Source: an uncultured virus (IMG/VR IMGVR_UViG_3300046004_000626)
Lineage: Duplodnaviria > Heunggongvirae > Uroviricota > Caudoviricetes
DNA: 59,607 bases
Direction: 5' to 3' (one strand)
Virus record (IMG/VR): IMGVR_UViG_3300046004_000626
In this document: positions 19,989 to 29,532 of the stretch, one piece after another
How the letters are laid out: each line of letters begins with the position of its first letter
How positions within the stretch are numbered: position 1 is the stretch's first letter
Program-made: the position numbers and the translations under genes
Notes under the pieces: generated by a model
What the model was told of the DNA's origin: nothing
Database searches by the model: none
What the model saw: the letters and a program-made list of their open reading frames with translations, nothing else

Positions 19989-20566
19989 CAATTAAATTTG
20001 CTTCGGATATTGACATCGATTTTGCTTCAAGAGAGCAGATAATTAGTTTACTTGACGTTACTCCTGCTAGTATATTACGTGATGGTAAACTAGTGCGTCA
20101 CAACACAGGTGTGTATGCTACTGATGTTCCTATGGATCCATTTACTGGGCAAGCAAGTTTAGATTATGACCTAGCTGAAGATAGAGGCTATGTTAAACTA
20201 GACTTTTTAAATGTCAATTTGTATAAGCAGGTTAAGGACGAAGAACATTTAGTTGAGCTTATGCAGGAACCGGACTGGACAAAGTTATATGACCCAGAAG
20301 TTTGTGCAAAACTAATGCATGTTAATGGGCACTATGATTTGTTATTACAGATGCCTGAACCTGTAGATACTATTCCTAGACTGGCTATGTTCCTAGCTAT
20401 TATTCGTCCAGCTAAACGTAATCTAGCTGGCAAGACCTGGAAAGAAGTAGCGATGACTGTGTGGGATAAACCTACGGATGATACTTATTACTTTAAGAAA
20501 GCGCATGCTATCAGCTATGCGCAATTAGTTGTTGTTAATATGAACTTACTGGATACGTCTTACTAA
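19985..20566 (+). CDS. miniature DNA polymerase III alpha (DnaE)-like palm protein
   Basis: SDIDIDF, HNTGVY, YVKLDFLN, LAIIRP and YFKKAHAISYA match family-C motifs in only 193 aa. Confidence 0.8.
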   Translation: MTIKFASDIDIDFASREQIISLLDVTPASILRDGKLVRHNTGVYATDVPMDPFTGQASLDYDLAEDRGYVKLDFLNVNLYKQVKDEEHLVELMQEPDWTKLYDPEVCAKLMHVNGHYDLLLQMPEPVDTIPRLAMFLAIIRPAKRNLAGKTWKEVAMTVWDKPTDDTYYFKKAHAISYAQLVVVNMNLLDTSY

Positions 20567-20920
20567 CGTAATACTTCTGCGTTTACTTCTTTTCGACGCA
20601 ATTTCTCTAAGACTTACATACGGCCCGTGTTGTATTACAACATCTTTGCTGTTGAATGTTTTTAAACAAACTCTAAACTCTGTCCAATCCTGCTTTAAAA
20701 ACACGTTAATGGGTATAAGCCTGTTACTTTCCCACCACCACTGATCTGCCATAGCTAAAAACACTGTTTTTTGCTCTAATGTACGCAATGCAGCAAAGTC
20801 ATATATAGTGGTGATGAATTCATCTGCATTTTGAACAATGCCAATATAATCATTTCCCCCATACGTTATGAACGATAGGAAGGGATATTGATCAAGTAAA
20901 ACCTTGTGACTGTCTTCCAT
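20546..20920 (-). CDS. hypothetical phage protein
   Basis: MEDSHKVLLDQYPFLS...WWWESNRLIPINVFL, with minus-strand TATAAATA at 20984-20977. Confidence 0.75.
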   Translation of the reverse strand: MEDSHKVLLDQYPFLSFITYGGNDYIGIVQNADEFITTIYDFAALRTLEQKTVFLAMADQWWWESNRLIPINVFLKQDWTEFRVCLKTFNSKDVVIQHGPYVSLREIASKRSKRRSITLVRRIQ

Positions 20921-20958
20921 TAGAATCCGTATAAATATGTGATAAGGGATAAAACACA

Positions 20959-21396
20959 GTGCCACTCATCACAAGTTATTTATATGAAAATATTATAGAG
21001 GTTCAAGTTCTGGACACAGATCCCACAATTAAAACAAGGAATAGAATCGTGTATAGCAGACCAGTGAAAGTTTATAAGAATATCGACAATATTATCACAA
21101 TTCAATTTAGAAATAATGACCAAAAGCCTGCTAATGTTGTAAGTAGATCTTTTACGTTTGCGCTGACTGATGGCAATGCAACAGTATGGTCAACTACTGC
21201 TAATATTTCAAATGTAACTACTGCGGTTGGTACGGTTACGTTGGCCCAAGCAAACATCGCAAACCTAACACAAGAATACTATAATTATACTGTAAGCTAT
21301 AGCGGTACGGCTGTGGGTAACTTAACACTACCTGCATACACTGATGACAATTGGGGTGCGGTTGGACAAATGCAAGTTATCTCAAACGTTTATTAA
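20959..21396 (+). CDS. putative virion structural protein (beta-rich)
   Basis: GTG start after TATAAATA (20930-20937), Thr/Asn/Val-rich. Confidence 0.6.
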   Translation: MPLITSYLYENIIEVQVLDTDPTIKTRNRIVYSRPVKVYKNIDNIITIQFRNNDQKPANVVSRSFTFALTDGNATVWSTTANISNVTTAVGTVTLAQANIANLTQEYYNYTVSYSGTAVGNLTLPAYTDDNWGAVGQMQVISNVY

Positions 21397-21441
21397 TCAA
21401 AATACTTGACTCGCAGTAACAACTAGCATATAATATAGTAT

Positions 21442-22476
21442 ATGCTGAACATCATCTCTGATTTCATTAAAAGTATTTTACCTGCAAAGCGTAAAACAAC
21501 TCCTAGCGGTTGGATTAGCTTTAATGCACCTTGCTGTATACACAACGGTGACTCGGCAGATACTAGAGGTCGCGGTGGCTTAACAGCTAATGCAGATGGT
21601 AGTGTGTCGTATCACTGTTTTAACTGTAACTTCAAAGCATCGTATCAACCAGGCAGGCACTTAACATTTAAGTTTCGCAAACTATTATCCTGGATGGGCG
21701 CAGGTGATAGCGATGTTAAACGATTGGTAATTGAAGCTATTCGTATCAAAGACCTAGTAGCACCAGAGCAGGTTAAAGACGAACCAGAAGAAAAGATTGA
21801 GTTTAAGGTTCGTGAACTACCCAAAGATGCGCTTAGTTTTCAACAGCTACTTACACATCACATATTAGATGACTTTAATAATGTTCCTACACTGCTAAAT
21901 TCAGCAGTTGACTACATCAAGGCTCGTAAGATTGATCATACCAAGTATGACTTTTATTGGACTGACAGTACAGAACACAGCCTACATCAGCGTGTGATCA
22001 TTCCTATGATTTGGGAAGGTAACACCATTGGTTATACTAGTCGTGCATTTACTGATGGAGTCAAACCCAAGTACTACAGTCACTATGAGCCTAACTTTGT
22101 GTTTAATACCAATAATCAAAAACGCGACAGTAAGTTTGTTATTGTCTGTGAAGGACCGTTTGATGCTATGGCCGTAGATGGTGTAGCAGTACTGGGTAAT
22201 GAAGTTGCAGAACAACAAGCAGACATTATTGACGCACTGGGACGTGAAGTTATAGTAGTCGCCGACGCAGATAAGAGTGGTGTTAAACTTGTTGATGCGG
22301 CTGTTAAGTATGGTTGGAGTGTTAGCTTTCCAGTTTGGCAAGAAGACGCTGACTGTAAAGATATCAGTGACGCAGTAGTTAAGTACGGTAAACTGTTTGT
22401 GCTTAAAAGTATTATTGATAGTAAAGAATCAAGTAAGTTGAAAATTGAATTATTGCGTAAGAGAAGATATGCTTAA
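21442..22476 (+). CDS. DNA primase
   Basis: Zn-binding PCC...YHCFNC, RVIIP, TOPRIM CEGPFDA, ADAD and KDISD. Confidence 0.9.
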   Translation: MLNIISDFIKSILPAKRKTTPSGWISFNAPCCIHNGDSADTRGRGGLTANADGSVSYHCFNCNFKASYQPGRHLTFKFRKLLSWMGAGDSDVKRLVIEAIRIKDLVAPEQVKDEPEEKIEFKVRELPKDALSFQQLLTHHILDDFNNVPTLLNSAVDYIKARKIDHTKYDFYWTDSTEHSLHQRVIIPMIWEGNTIGYTSRAFTDGVKPKYYSHYEPNFVFNTNNQKRDSKFVIVCEGPFDAMAVDGVAVLGNEVAEQQADIIDALGREVIVVADADKSGVKLVDAAVKYGWSVSFPVWQEDADCKDISDAVVKYGKLFVLKSIIDSKESSKLKIELLRKRRYA

Positions 22477-23383
22477 TCAGATCGCAGGATTTCATATCGA
22501 GCCAACAAACATGTGTACATTAAAGTGTCCACGATGCGCACGTACAAACTTTATTGAGCGATTCCCTTCGCAGTGGACCAATAAAAATTTAAATCTAACA
22601 CATTTAAAACAATTCTTAGATATCGACCTTACAAATAAAGACATAGCTCTTTGTGGTAATTATGGAGACCCTATATATTATCCACAGTTGTTTGAGATGA
22701 TTGCATATTTTAAAGGTGCAGGTGCAAATGTTACGATATCTACCAATGGCAGTTATAAATCCTGGGATTGGTGGCGACAGCTAGCTGATCTAATAGACTA
22801 TAAAGATACAGTGGTATTCGGAATTGACGGCATACCTGATAACTTTACCCAATATAGAATTAATGCAGATTGGCCTTCTATTAAACTTGGCATAGAAGTA
22901 TTAACAAAAACTGACATTAAGACTGTATGGCAATACATACCATTTTCATTCAATGAAGATACTATCGAGTCTGCTCGGCAATTATCTCAAACTATGGGAG
23001 TCGATGAATTTTTAATATTACCTAGCGATCGATGGGACGAAAACGATAACTTACAATCAACTAACTATGCCGGGGATAGAACCACAGCAATAGTCACATG
23101 GAAGAATACACCAGCACAGGATCGAGTTAGTGATGTTGATGCTAAATGTAAAAATTTAAACAATCAACATTACATATCGGCCGACGGCTATTACATGCCC
23201 TGTTGTTTTGTAGGAGATCATAGATTCTACTACAAGAGTGAATTTTATAAGAATCGATCGAAATACAATATAAGTACTACTACCATTAGCGAAATATTAG
23301 CATCAAATCAATCAAAAGACTTTTACAATTCTGTAGAAGATGCTAAACTTAATTATTGCACTTTTAACTGTCCAAAACTATGA
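22469..23383 (+). CDS. radical SAM protein with C-terminal SPASM/twitch-like cysteines
   Basis: CTLKCPRC, GNYGDP, TNGS and C...ISADG..MPCC...CxxxC. Confidence 0.85.
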   Translation: MLNQIAGFHIEPTNMCTLKCPRCARTNFIERFPSQWTNKNLNLTHLKQFLDIDLTNKDIALCGNYGDPIYYPQLFEMIAYFKGAGANVTISTNGSYKSWDWWRQLADLIDYKDTVVFGIDGIPDNFTQYRINADWPSIKLGIEVLTKTDIKTVWQYIPFSFNEDTIESARQLSQTMGVDEFLILPSDRWDENDNLQSTNYAGDRTTAIVTWKNTPAQDRVSDVDAKCKNLNNQHYISADGYYMPCCFVGDHRFYYKSEFYKNRSKYNISTTTISEILASNQSKDFYNSVEDAKLNYCTFNCPKL

Positions 23384-24789
23384 GCAAAGAATATTCAGCA
23401 GACCTACAAAGGTTATTTTTAGAAATGATGTTACAAGATCCGCAGAGTTATGTGCGGGTGCAGAACATTTATAATCCCGAAAACTTTGATAGAAGTTTAC
23501 GTGAAGCTGCTAAATTTATTAAACAGCACAGTGACGAATATAGAACATTGCCCACTATTGACCAAGTGCAGGCAGTGACTACAGTTACACTTAAAAATGT
23601 ACCCGACCTAACAGAAGATCACTATAGTTGGTTTATGACAGAGTTTGAGGGATTTACTAAACGTAATGAACTTGAACGTGCTATTCTAGCGGCAGCAGAC
23701 ATGTTGGAAAAGGGCGAGTATGATCCTGTTGAAAAACTTATCAAAGATGCAGTACAGATAAGTTTAACTAAAGACATGGGTATACAATACTTTGAAGATC
23801 CTAGAGCTCGTATCGACCGATATTTTAACAGTGGTGGACAGGTAAGTACTGGTTGGCCACAAATGGATAAGATACTTTATGGTGGCTTTAGTCGTGGAGA
23901 ACTTAACATCTTTGCAGGCGGGTCTGGTTCAGGTAAATCGTTAGTTATGATGAACATTGCACTTAGTTGGTTACAAGCTGGGCTAAGTGGTGTGTATGTA
24001 ACATTAGAGTTGAGCGAAGAACTATGTAGTCTGCGTACAGATGCTATGCTTACTGGTATGAGTACAAAAGATATCCGTAAGGATATCGAAACAACTGAAC
24101 TTAAAGTTAAGATGGTTGGTAAGAAATCTGGACAATATCGTGTTAAAGGATTCCCAGCACAGAGTAATGTAAACGACATACGCAGTTATTTAAAAGAAGT
24201 GCAGATACAAACTGGTATTAAAGTTGACTTTGTTATGGTAGACTATTTAGATTTGGTAATGCCAGTATCTATTAAAGTTAATCCAAATGACCAGTTTATC
24301 AAAGACAAATATGTAGCAGAAGAACTGCGTAACTTGGCTAAAGAACTTAATGTATTGTTGGTAACAGCTTCGCAGTTGAATCGTAGTGCTGTAGAAGAAA
24401 TTGAATTTGACCATAGCCATATTGCTGGTGGTATATCTAAGATCAATACAGCAGATAACGTGTTTGGTATCTTTACAAGTCGTGCTATGAAAGAACGTGG
24501 CAGATATCAATTACAATGTATGAAGTCGCGTAGTTCAACTGGTGTAGGGCACAAAGTAGATTTAACTTATAATATTGAAACTATGCGCATCACAGACGAG
24601 GGCGAAGAATCCGCAGGCGATGGTAATGGTGCTAGTCGTAATATTAACAATGTATTAAACAATATTAAATCTACATCAACCGTTAATAAAGAAACTGGTG
24701 AAATTATGAATGCACCAAAGATTAATGCCACAGTTGACAGTAGCAAACTTAAGAGTATGTTGGCTGGCCTAAAGAATAGCGGCGAATGA
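23380..24789 (+). CDS. replicative DNA helicase, DnaB/gp41-like
   Basis: GGSGSGKS, VDYLDL, TASQLNR and KSR. Confidence 0.92.
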   Translation: MSKEYSADLQRLFLEMMLQDPQSYVRVQNIYNPENFDRSLREAAKFIKQHSDEYRTLPTIDQVQAVTTVTLKNVPDLTEDHYSWFMTEFEGFTKRNELERAILAAADMLEKGEYDPVEKLIKDAVQISLTKDMGIQYFEDPRARIDRYFNSGGQVSTGWPQMDKILYGGFSRGELNIFAGGSGSGKSLVMMNIALSWLQAGLSGVYVTLELSEELCSLRTDAMLTGMSTKDIRKDIETTELKVKMVGKKSGQYRVKGFPAQSNVNDIRSYLKEVQIQTGIKVDFVMVDYLDLVMPVSIKVNPNDQFIKDKYVAEELRNLAKELNVLLVTASQLNRSAVEEIEFDHSHIAGGISKINTADNVFGIFTSRAMKERGRYQLQCMKSRSSTGVGHKVDLTYNIETMRITDEGEESAGDGNGASRNINNVLNNIKSTSTVNKETGEIMNAPKINATVDSSKLKSMLAGLKNSGE

Positions 24790-25421
24790 ATCTAGTTTGT
24801 TTTTCAAATAACACTGGTGGCGGCATCCTGTGTGATTTATTAAATAATAAAACTCCCAGTATGGATGGTTATAAATGTACTGGTGCAGAACATTCTTTAT
24901 TAAAGATAACTGATAGCCCGACAATTTCACGTACTGTAGATGAACCTTCCTGGAATCGTAGGCTGACTCAGCTATTATCTCGCACTAATCAGAATCGATG
25001 GATAGGAACTCATTATCATCCTAGTGCAATTTCCTTAGCGCCATTTGAAACTGTTATTGCCATTACCACTGAATCTCGTGAAAGTAAACTATATAGATGG
25101 TTGCGATATTATAACGGATGGTTTAAGCTAGCCGAATCAGATTGGCAAGAAACATCTAACCTAGACCAAATTGACAAAGTTCGTTGCCTAGCAAAAAATG
25201 TATTTGAAACATTTGAATCACACCCACAATGCACTAATGTTGAATTTGCCGATATAGTATCAGGCGAATTTATTTCCAAACATAACCTAAATAAAGAACA
25301 TTTTGCTGTCTGGCAACAAAACAATCCGTGGCTGTATAGTGATAGCAATACGTGGGCCGTTGATAGATTTAACGAAGCCGAATATGAAATAATCAATCAA
25401 ACATCTTTCAAATATCTTTAA
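24786..25421 (+). CDS. hypothetical protein
   Basis: 211-aa ORF, ATGA-coupled to the helicase. Confidence 0.65.
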   Translation: MNLVCFSNNTGGGILCDLLNNKTPSMDGYKCTGAEHSLLKITDSPTISRTVDEPSWNRRLTQLLSRTNQNRWIGTHYHPSAISLAPFETVIAITTESRESKLYRWLRYYNGWFKLAESDWQETSNLDQIDKVRCLAKNVFETFESHPQCTNVEFADIVSGEFISKHNLNKEHFAVWQQNNPWLYSDSNTWAVDRFNEAEYEIINQTSFKYL

Positions 25422-25456
25422 TAAATACACTAATAACGATACATTAAGGATCGATC

Positions 25457-25708
25457 TTGCAGAAGAATACAAAAAATATACTGTTTGAACTTGATCAACT
25501 GCTCAGACACAAGGATAAAACAAATCTGATTGAAAGCAGAGCTAATAACATTATTAATAGTGCTATTAACCTCATCAATCACATCCGTGAAAACTATGAT
25601 GCCGAGCAAGCTGGCGAATTAGAGCGACGTCTACTTAATGCAATTAAAGGACAAGACCCAGCAAAATTTAGCCGCGGCATCAGGAAAATGAAAGACGATG
25701 AAAATTAA
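25457..25708 (+). CDS. hypothetical late protein
   Basis: TTG start with AAGGA RBS, after ATAAATA. Confidence 0.7.
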   Translation: MQKNTKNILFELDQLLRHKDKTNLIESRANNIINSAINLINHIRENYDAEQAGELERRLLNAIKGQDPAKFSRGIRKMKDDEN

Positions 25709-26480
25709 CGAAATATTAGCTGAAGCAAGGTCAGTGAAATTAAAAGGAACTACACCTTCTAGCCGCAGTAATAGTGCGCTAGGATCATTCCTTAGAGGAG
25801 CAGGTATGGCACAAGGTGCCGATGCTGTAGACGCATACGCAAATGCAAATGCCTTTGCTCCTGGTGTTCGACAAACAAAGAAAATTGGAAACCTTGATGC
25901 TCAGAGAAAGTTAGATGCAAAAACAGCCGCTGCTGAGGCAAAACGAGCAAGATTTATCGCTGTAATAAAACAACAAGCGGATCGCCAAGGATCTATATCA
26001 ATGACTGATATAGGAAAACGTATTCCAAAACAAGGCGAATATGCAGATCCGACAAGACGTAGAGAAGCAATTAACAATGTTGCACAAGAATTAAAGCAAC
26101 AAGGAGTAACAGTAACAGCAAGTAACACGCCGACTACTGCGCCCCAAACAACACCCACAACCGATGAGCCATACAGTATAGGCGGACAACAATTAGATCC
26201 TACTAAGCCCGGTGATAAAGCAATTATTGATAAACTTAAAACTGCACAGGCAACTAAACCTAAAACTGCACCGGCAACTAACCCTAATCAACCTGCAGCA
26301 GGAAAATTTGACTGGGATGAAGAAGTACATACTACAGATGCAAATACACCGGCGCCATCTGGATGGGTGAAGCTTAAAATTCCACCATCAATTCAACCCG
26401 GCAAAGAATCTCCGTATCGCTTAGTACATCAGAAATATGCTCAAGATTGGATAGCTAACGGGTGGGTATTAGCGAAATGA
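25698..26480 (+). CDS. putative internal head protein
   Basis: N-terminus MKINEILAE, Ala/Thr/Pro-rich linkers. Confidence 0.55.
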   Translation: MKINEILAEARSVKLKGTTPSSRSNSALGSFLRGAGMAQGADAVDAYANANAFAPGVRQTKKIGNLDAQRKLDAKTAAAEAKRARFIAVIKQQADRQGSISMTDIGKRIPKQGEYADPTRRREAINNVAQELKQQGVTVTASNTPTTAPQTTPTTDEPYSIGGQQLDPTKPGDKAIIDKLKTAQATKPKTAPATNPNQPAAGKFDWDEEVHTTDANTPAPSGWVKLKIPPSIQPGKESPYRLVHQKYAQDWIANGWVLAK

Positions 26481-27733
26481 AGTTATTTGAAATTAAAAAA
26501 CAAACACCGCAATGGTTACTTGCTGAAGCCGCAGGAGCAAAAGCAGTAAATCCGCATCTTGACCACTTGGAAGATTTAATCTTTAACAGTGGCTATGCAG
26601 GTGCGCATGCGGCATTGGATTATGTAGAAAGTCTACGTGTGATGTTAGCAGAAGGCACAGGTACCACAACACAACTAACAGTTAAATGGGACGGCAGTCC
26701 GGCAATCATCTGCGGTATTGATCCTAGCGATAGTAAATTCTTTGTTGGTACTAAATCGGTGTTTGCCAAAGGTGAACCAAAACGTTGTAAAAAAGCTGCA
26801 GACATTGACAACTGGTACAGCGCACAACCAGAGCTTGCGGCTAAACTACTAGCATCATTAAAATATCTAAGTAAGTTAGGTATTGGCGGTGTGGTACAAG
26901 GCGATCTGATGTTTACAGAAGGCGATGTAAGCATAGTAGCTATCAACAATGAAGATTGTTATGTGTTTACTCCAAATACAATTACCTATGCAGTACCAGT
27001 TAATAGTCAATTGGGGCAACGTATTGCAAAAGCCAAACTTGGCATTATATTCCACACTAGCTACGAAGGCGATTCATTAGAATCAATGACTGCAAATTAC
27101 GGAGTTAATGTAACTGGATTAAATCAAACCTCCGCAGTGTGGTTCGATGATGCAACGTATAAAGATTACACCGGAGTTGCTAGTTTAACACCGAGTGAAA
27201 ATACCAGTATACAAAAACAAATTGCTGCTACACAGGCGACAATAGAAAAGATTGGACAAGCCCGCTTTGATATTATCCTAAATAATAAAGACTTTGCACG
27301 TAGTATAAAGCCATTTATCAATCAAATGGTTAGACAAGGCTCACAAGTAGGCGAACCAATGCAGTTCTTACAAAAGTTTGTTGACTATTATAACAGCGAA
27401 TTGATGAAAGACATTGAGAATTTGTCGGGTGGTATTGCCGGTCGTGCGGCGCAGGCTCGCCTAGTGAAGATTAAAGAAAAAGAACAATGGGTAGCAGATA
27501 ACGCTAACAACCTATTAATTATACTTGCTACGTACAAACGAGTTATCGAACTTAAACATGCACTAATGCGTAAACTACAACAGGTGGACAGCATTGGCAC
27601 ATTTCAAAAGACTAACGACGGTTATAAAGTAACTGCTCCAGAGGGGTTTGTTGCAATAGGACACGACGGTGGCGCAATTAAGTTAGTTGATAGACTCGAA
27701 TTCAGCAGAACTAACGCATTACGCCGTGCCTAA
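26477..27733 (+). CDS. ligase-like nucleotidyltransferase-fold protein (DUF6267-like)
   Basis: HLDHLED, VKWDG, QGDLMF, PNTITYAV, EGFV and IKLVDRLEFS. Confidence 0.65.
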   Translation: MKLFEIKKQTPQWLLAEAAGAKAVNPHLDHLEDLIFNSGYAGAHAALDYVESLRVMLAEGTGTTTQLTVKWDGSPAIICGIDPSDSKFFVGTKSVFAKGEPKRCKKAADIDNWYSAQPELAAKLLASLKYLSKLGIGGVVQGDLMFTEGDVSIVAINNEDCYVFTPNTITYAVPVNSQLGQRIAKAKLGIIFHTSYEGDSLESMTANYGVNVTGLNQTSAVWFDDATYKDYTGVASLTPSENTSIQKQIAATQATIEKIGQARFDIILNNKDFARSIKPFINQMVRQGSQVGEPMQFLQKFVDYYNSELMKDIENLSGGIAGRAAQARLVKIKEKEQWVADNANNLLIILATYKRVIELKHALMRKLQQVDSIGTFQKTNDGYKVTAPEGFVAIGHDGGAIKLVDRLEFSRTNALRRA

Positions 27734-27818
27734 AAACAAACATTATTGCATAGAATTTTTATGCAGATGATAAATAAAAGTATGCGCGAAAGCGTAAAAT
27801 AAATTTAGGAGAAATAAC

Positions 27819-28187
27819 ATGGCTACACCAGCAGCAGTAAATCCAGCAGCAACAACGTTAAACGTTGAACAAGTAGGTCGTAATATTAGCTTTTTCACAG
27901 TTGACTACATCAATGCAGTTGACGGTTCAGATGGTCCAGGCGAAACACAACAATTGGTATTAAATGCAATCCAAACATTGCACACAATTATTGCTATCGG
28001 ACCTTTAGCTGATACTAACACACAACAAACGTTTGCTATCGAAGGTGATTTATACACACCTACAAATGGTCAAACATTACAAGCAACTATCCGTGATATC
28101 GGTTCAACTGGCGGCGTTGATATTTCAAATGCAACAGTTACAGCAACTAAACTTGCTATCTTAACAGCAGCAGCAGTTGCAGTTTAA
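27819..28187 (+). CDS. putative highly expressed virion protein (paralogue A)
   Basis: Late promoter, strong RBS and its own terminator (28208-28230). Confidence 0.7.
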   Translation: MATPAAVNPAATTLNVEQVGRNISFFTVDYINAVDGSDGPGETQQLVLNAIQTLHTIIAIGPLADTNTQQTFAIEGDLYTPTNGQTLQATIRDIGSTGGVDISNATVTATKLAILTAAAVAV

Positions 28188-28207
28188 TTAATAATTAAAC
28201 AACAAAT

Positions 28208-28230
28208 AGCACTCTTCGGAGTGCTTTTTT
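28208..28230 (+). terminator. Rho-independent terminator
   Basis: AGCACTC-TTCG-GAGTGCT followed by a T-run. Confidence 0.85.
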
Positions 28231-28300
28231 GTGACTTCAATTTGTAAATTATGCTAAATACTATTATACGCAACTAGCGTGAAAAATTAGGAGAAATAAC

Positions 28301-28618
28301 ATGGCAACATTATTAACAAGAGCAAAAGGCGGCGCATACCCAATTGGTTCAGTGGACCAAACATTAGTAACAGGTCGTCCGTTAACATTTTACACTGTGG
28401 GATTAACAGGTGTACATACAAATTATTCAGCAATCGACAGTGATTTTGAAAAATTGGTACGTGCAATCGAAACAGTGGGTTCAATTGAACTGTTAGGTAC
28501 ACCAGGCGGTGACGCTTTCCGTGTAGCTATTTCGGGTGCAAACAAAACAGCAGGCGAGTTAGAAACATTGTTAGCAGCGGCAGTAGCAACTACTACAGTA
28601 GCATCATACACATTCTAA
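28301..28618 (+). CDS. putative highly expressed virion protein (paralogue B)
   Basis: Same leader as the 27819 gene. GRPLTFYTV corresponds to GRNISFFTV. Confidence 0.7.
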   Translation: MATLLTRAKGGAYPIGSVDQTLVTGRPLTFYTVGLTGVHTNYSAIDSDFEKLVRAIETVGSIELLGTPGGDAFRVAISGANKTAGELETLLAAAVATTTVASYTF

Positions 28619-28633
28619 TATAATGTGTAATTT

Positions 28634-28663
28634 AAAAAGGCAGTTTTTACACTGCCTTTTTTT
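28634..28663 (+). terminator. Rho-independent terminator
   Basis: AAAAAGGCAGT-loop-ACTGCCTTTTTTT. Confidence 0.8.
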
Positions 28664-28681
28664 ACGACTATAAATATTACT

Positions 28682-29104
28682 ATGGAAACATTGTATCGAT
28701 ATTACGCATATACCCTAATAGATATAACCGAAACTAATGTACTAACACAGTCAGCAGAACAGCAGAAGCAACGCAATCAACAACGTAATTGGGAAACAAT
28801 AAACCAGTTGTTAAGTTTGCGAGCACAGTTAATGGAATTTAATTATCTATCTGTGGTCACTGATGATGTGGCTAACTATTCATTTGGTATTAACTATACG
28901 GGTCTGCATAAAATTTGGTCATTTGACTTTGCGGTTGAACGAGAAGATGTCTATGCATTTAACCATGATAGGTATGGTATACTCAAAGACGATTTTAAAA
29001 TTGCACCTATTATACTTGGATTAGACGAAACAGCCAAACCACCACTACCGTTATTCTACGCCAGCGGTGTAGATAAAAATATCTATTTTAAAACACGCAG
29101 TTAA
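28682..29104 (+). CDS. hypothetical late protein
   Basis: TATAAATA immediately upstream. TLIDIT and RNQQRNWET motifs. Confidence 0.7.
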   Translation: METLYRYYAYTLIDITETNVLTQSAEQQKQRNQQRNWETINQLLSLRAQLMEFNYLSVVTDDVANYSFGINYTGLHKIWSFDFAVEREDVYAFNHDRYGILKDDFKIAPIILGLDETAKPPLPLFYASGVDKNIYFKTRS

Positions 29105-29219
29105 AAACTACATAGTATAACTAAATATTAGTTGATGCAACAACAATAATCATGGCACATATTAAGGCATAAACTAGGCTCAACGAATACGCATCGCTAC
29201 TATATAAAAGAGAGCGATA

Positions 29220-29486
29220 ATGGCAAGTAAACCTACAGAAATCGAGAAGCAAAATTTAGAAGCACATGTCGAACTATGCGCCGTAAGGTACGGTAGCTTG
29301 GAAACTAAATTAAACAACTTGGAACAGCGCATGGATAAACTTGAGCTGCATCTGATTGACATCAAAAACAGTCTAACTGATAAAATATCAGGTGGCGACA
29401 AACAAACCATCAGCATCTTCACAACTATGATGGGCGTTGTATTAGCTGGACTTATTGGTTTTATTGCTCGCTCAATCTTTAAATAA
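29220..29486 (+). CDS. coiled-coil protein with C-terminal TM helix (XhlA/holin-like)
   Basis: LEAHVELCAVRY, then heptads, then IFTTMMGVVLAGLIGFIA. Confidence 0.6.
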   Translation: MASKPTEIEKQNLEAHVELCAVRYGSLETKLNNLEQRMDKLELHLIDIKNSLTDKISGGDKQTISIFTTMMGVVLAGLIGFIARSIFK

Positions 29487-29532
29487 AACTCTGCAATGCC
29501 ATCCTGTAATAAATACTTTATAGGATAACATC

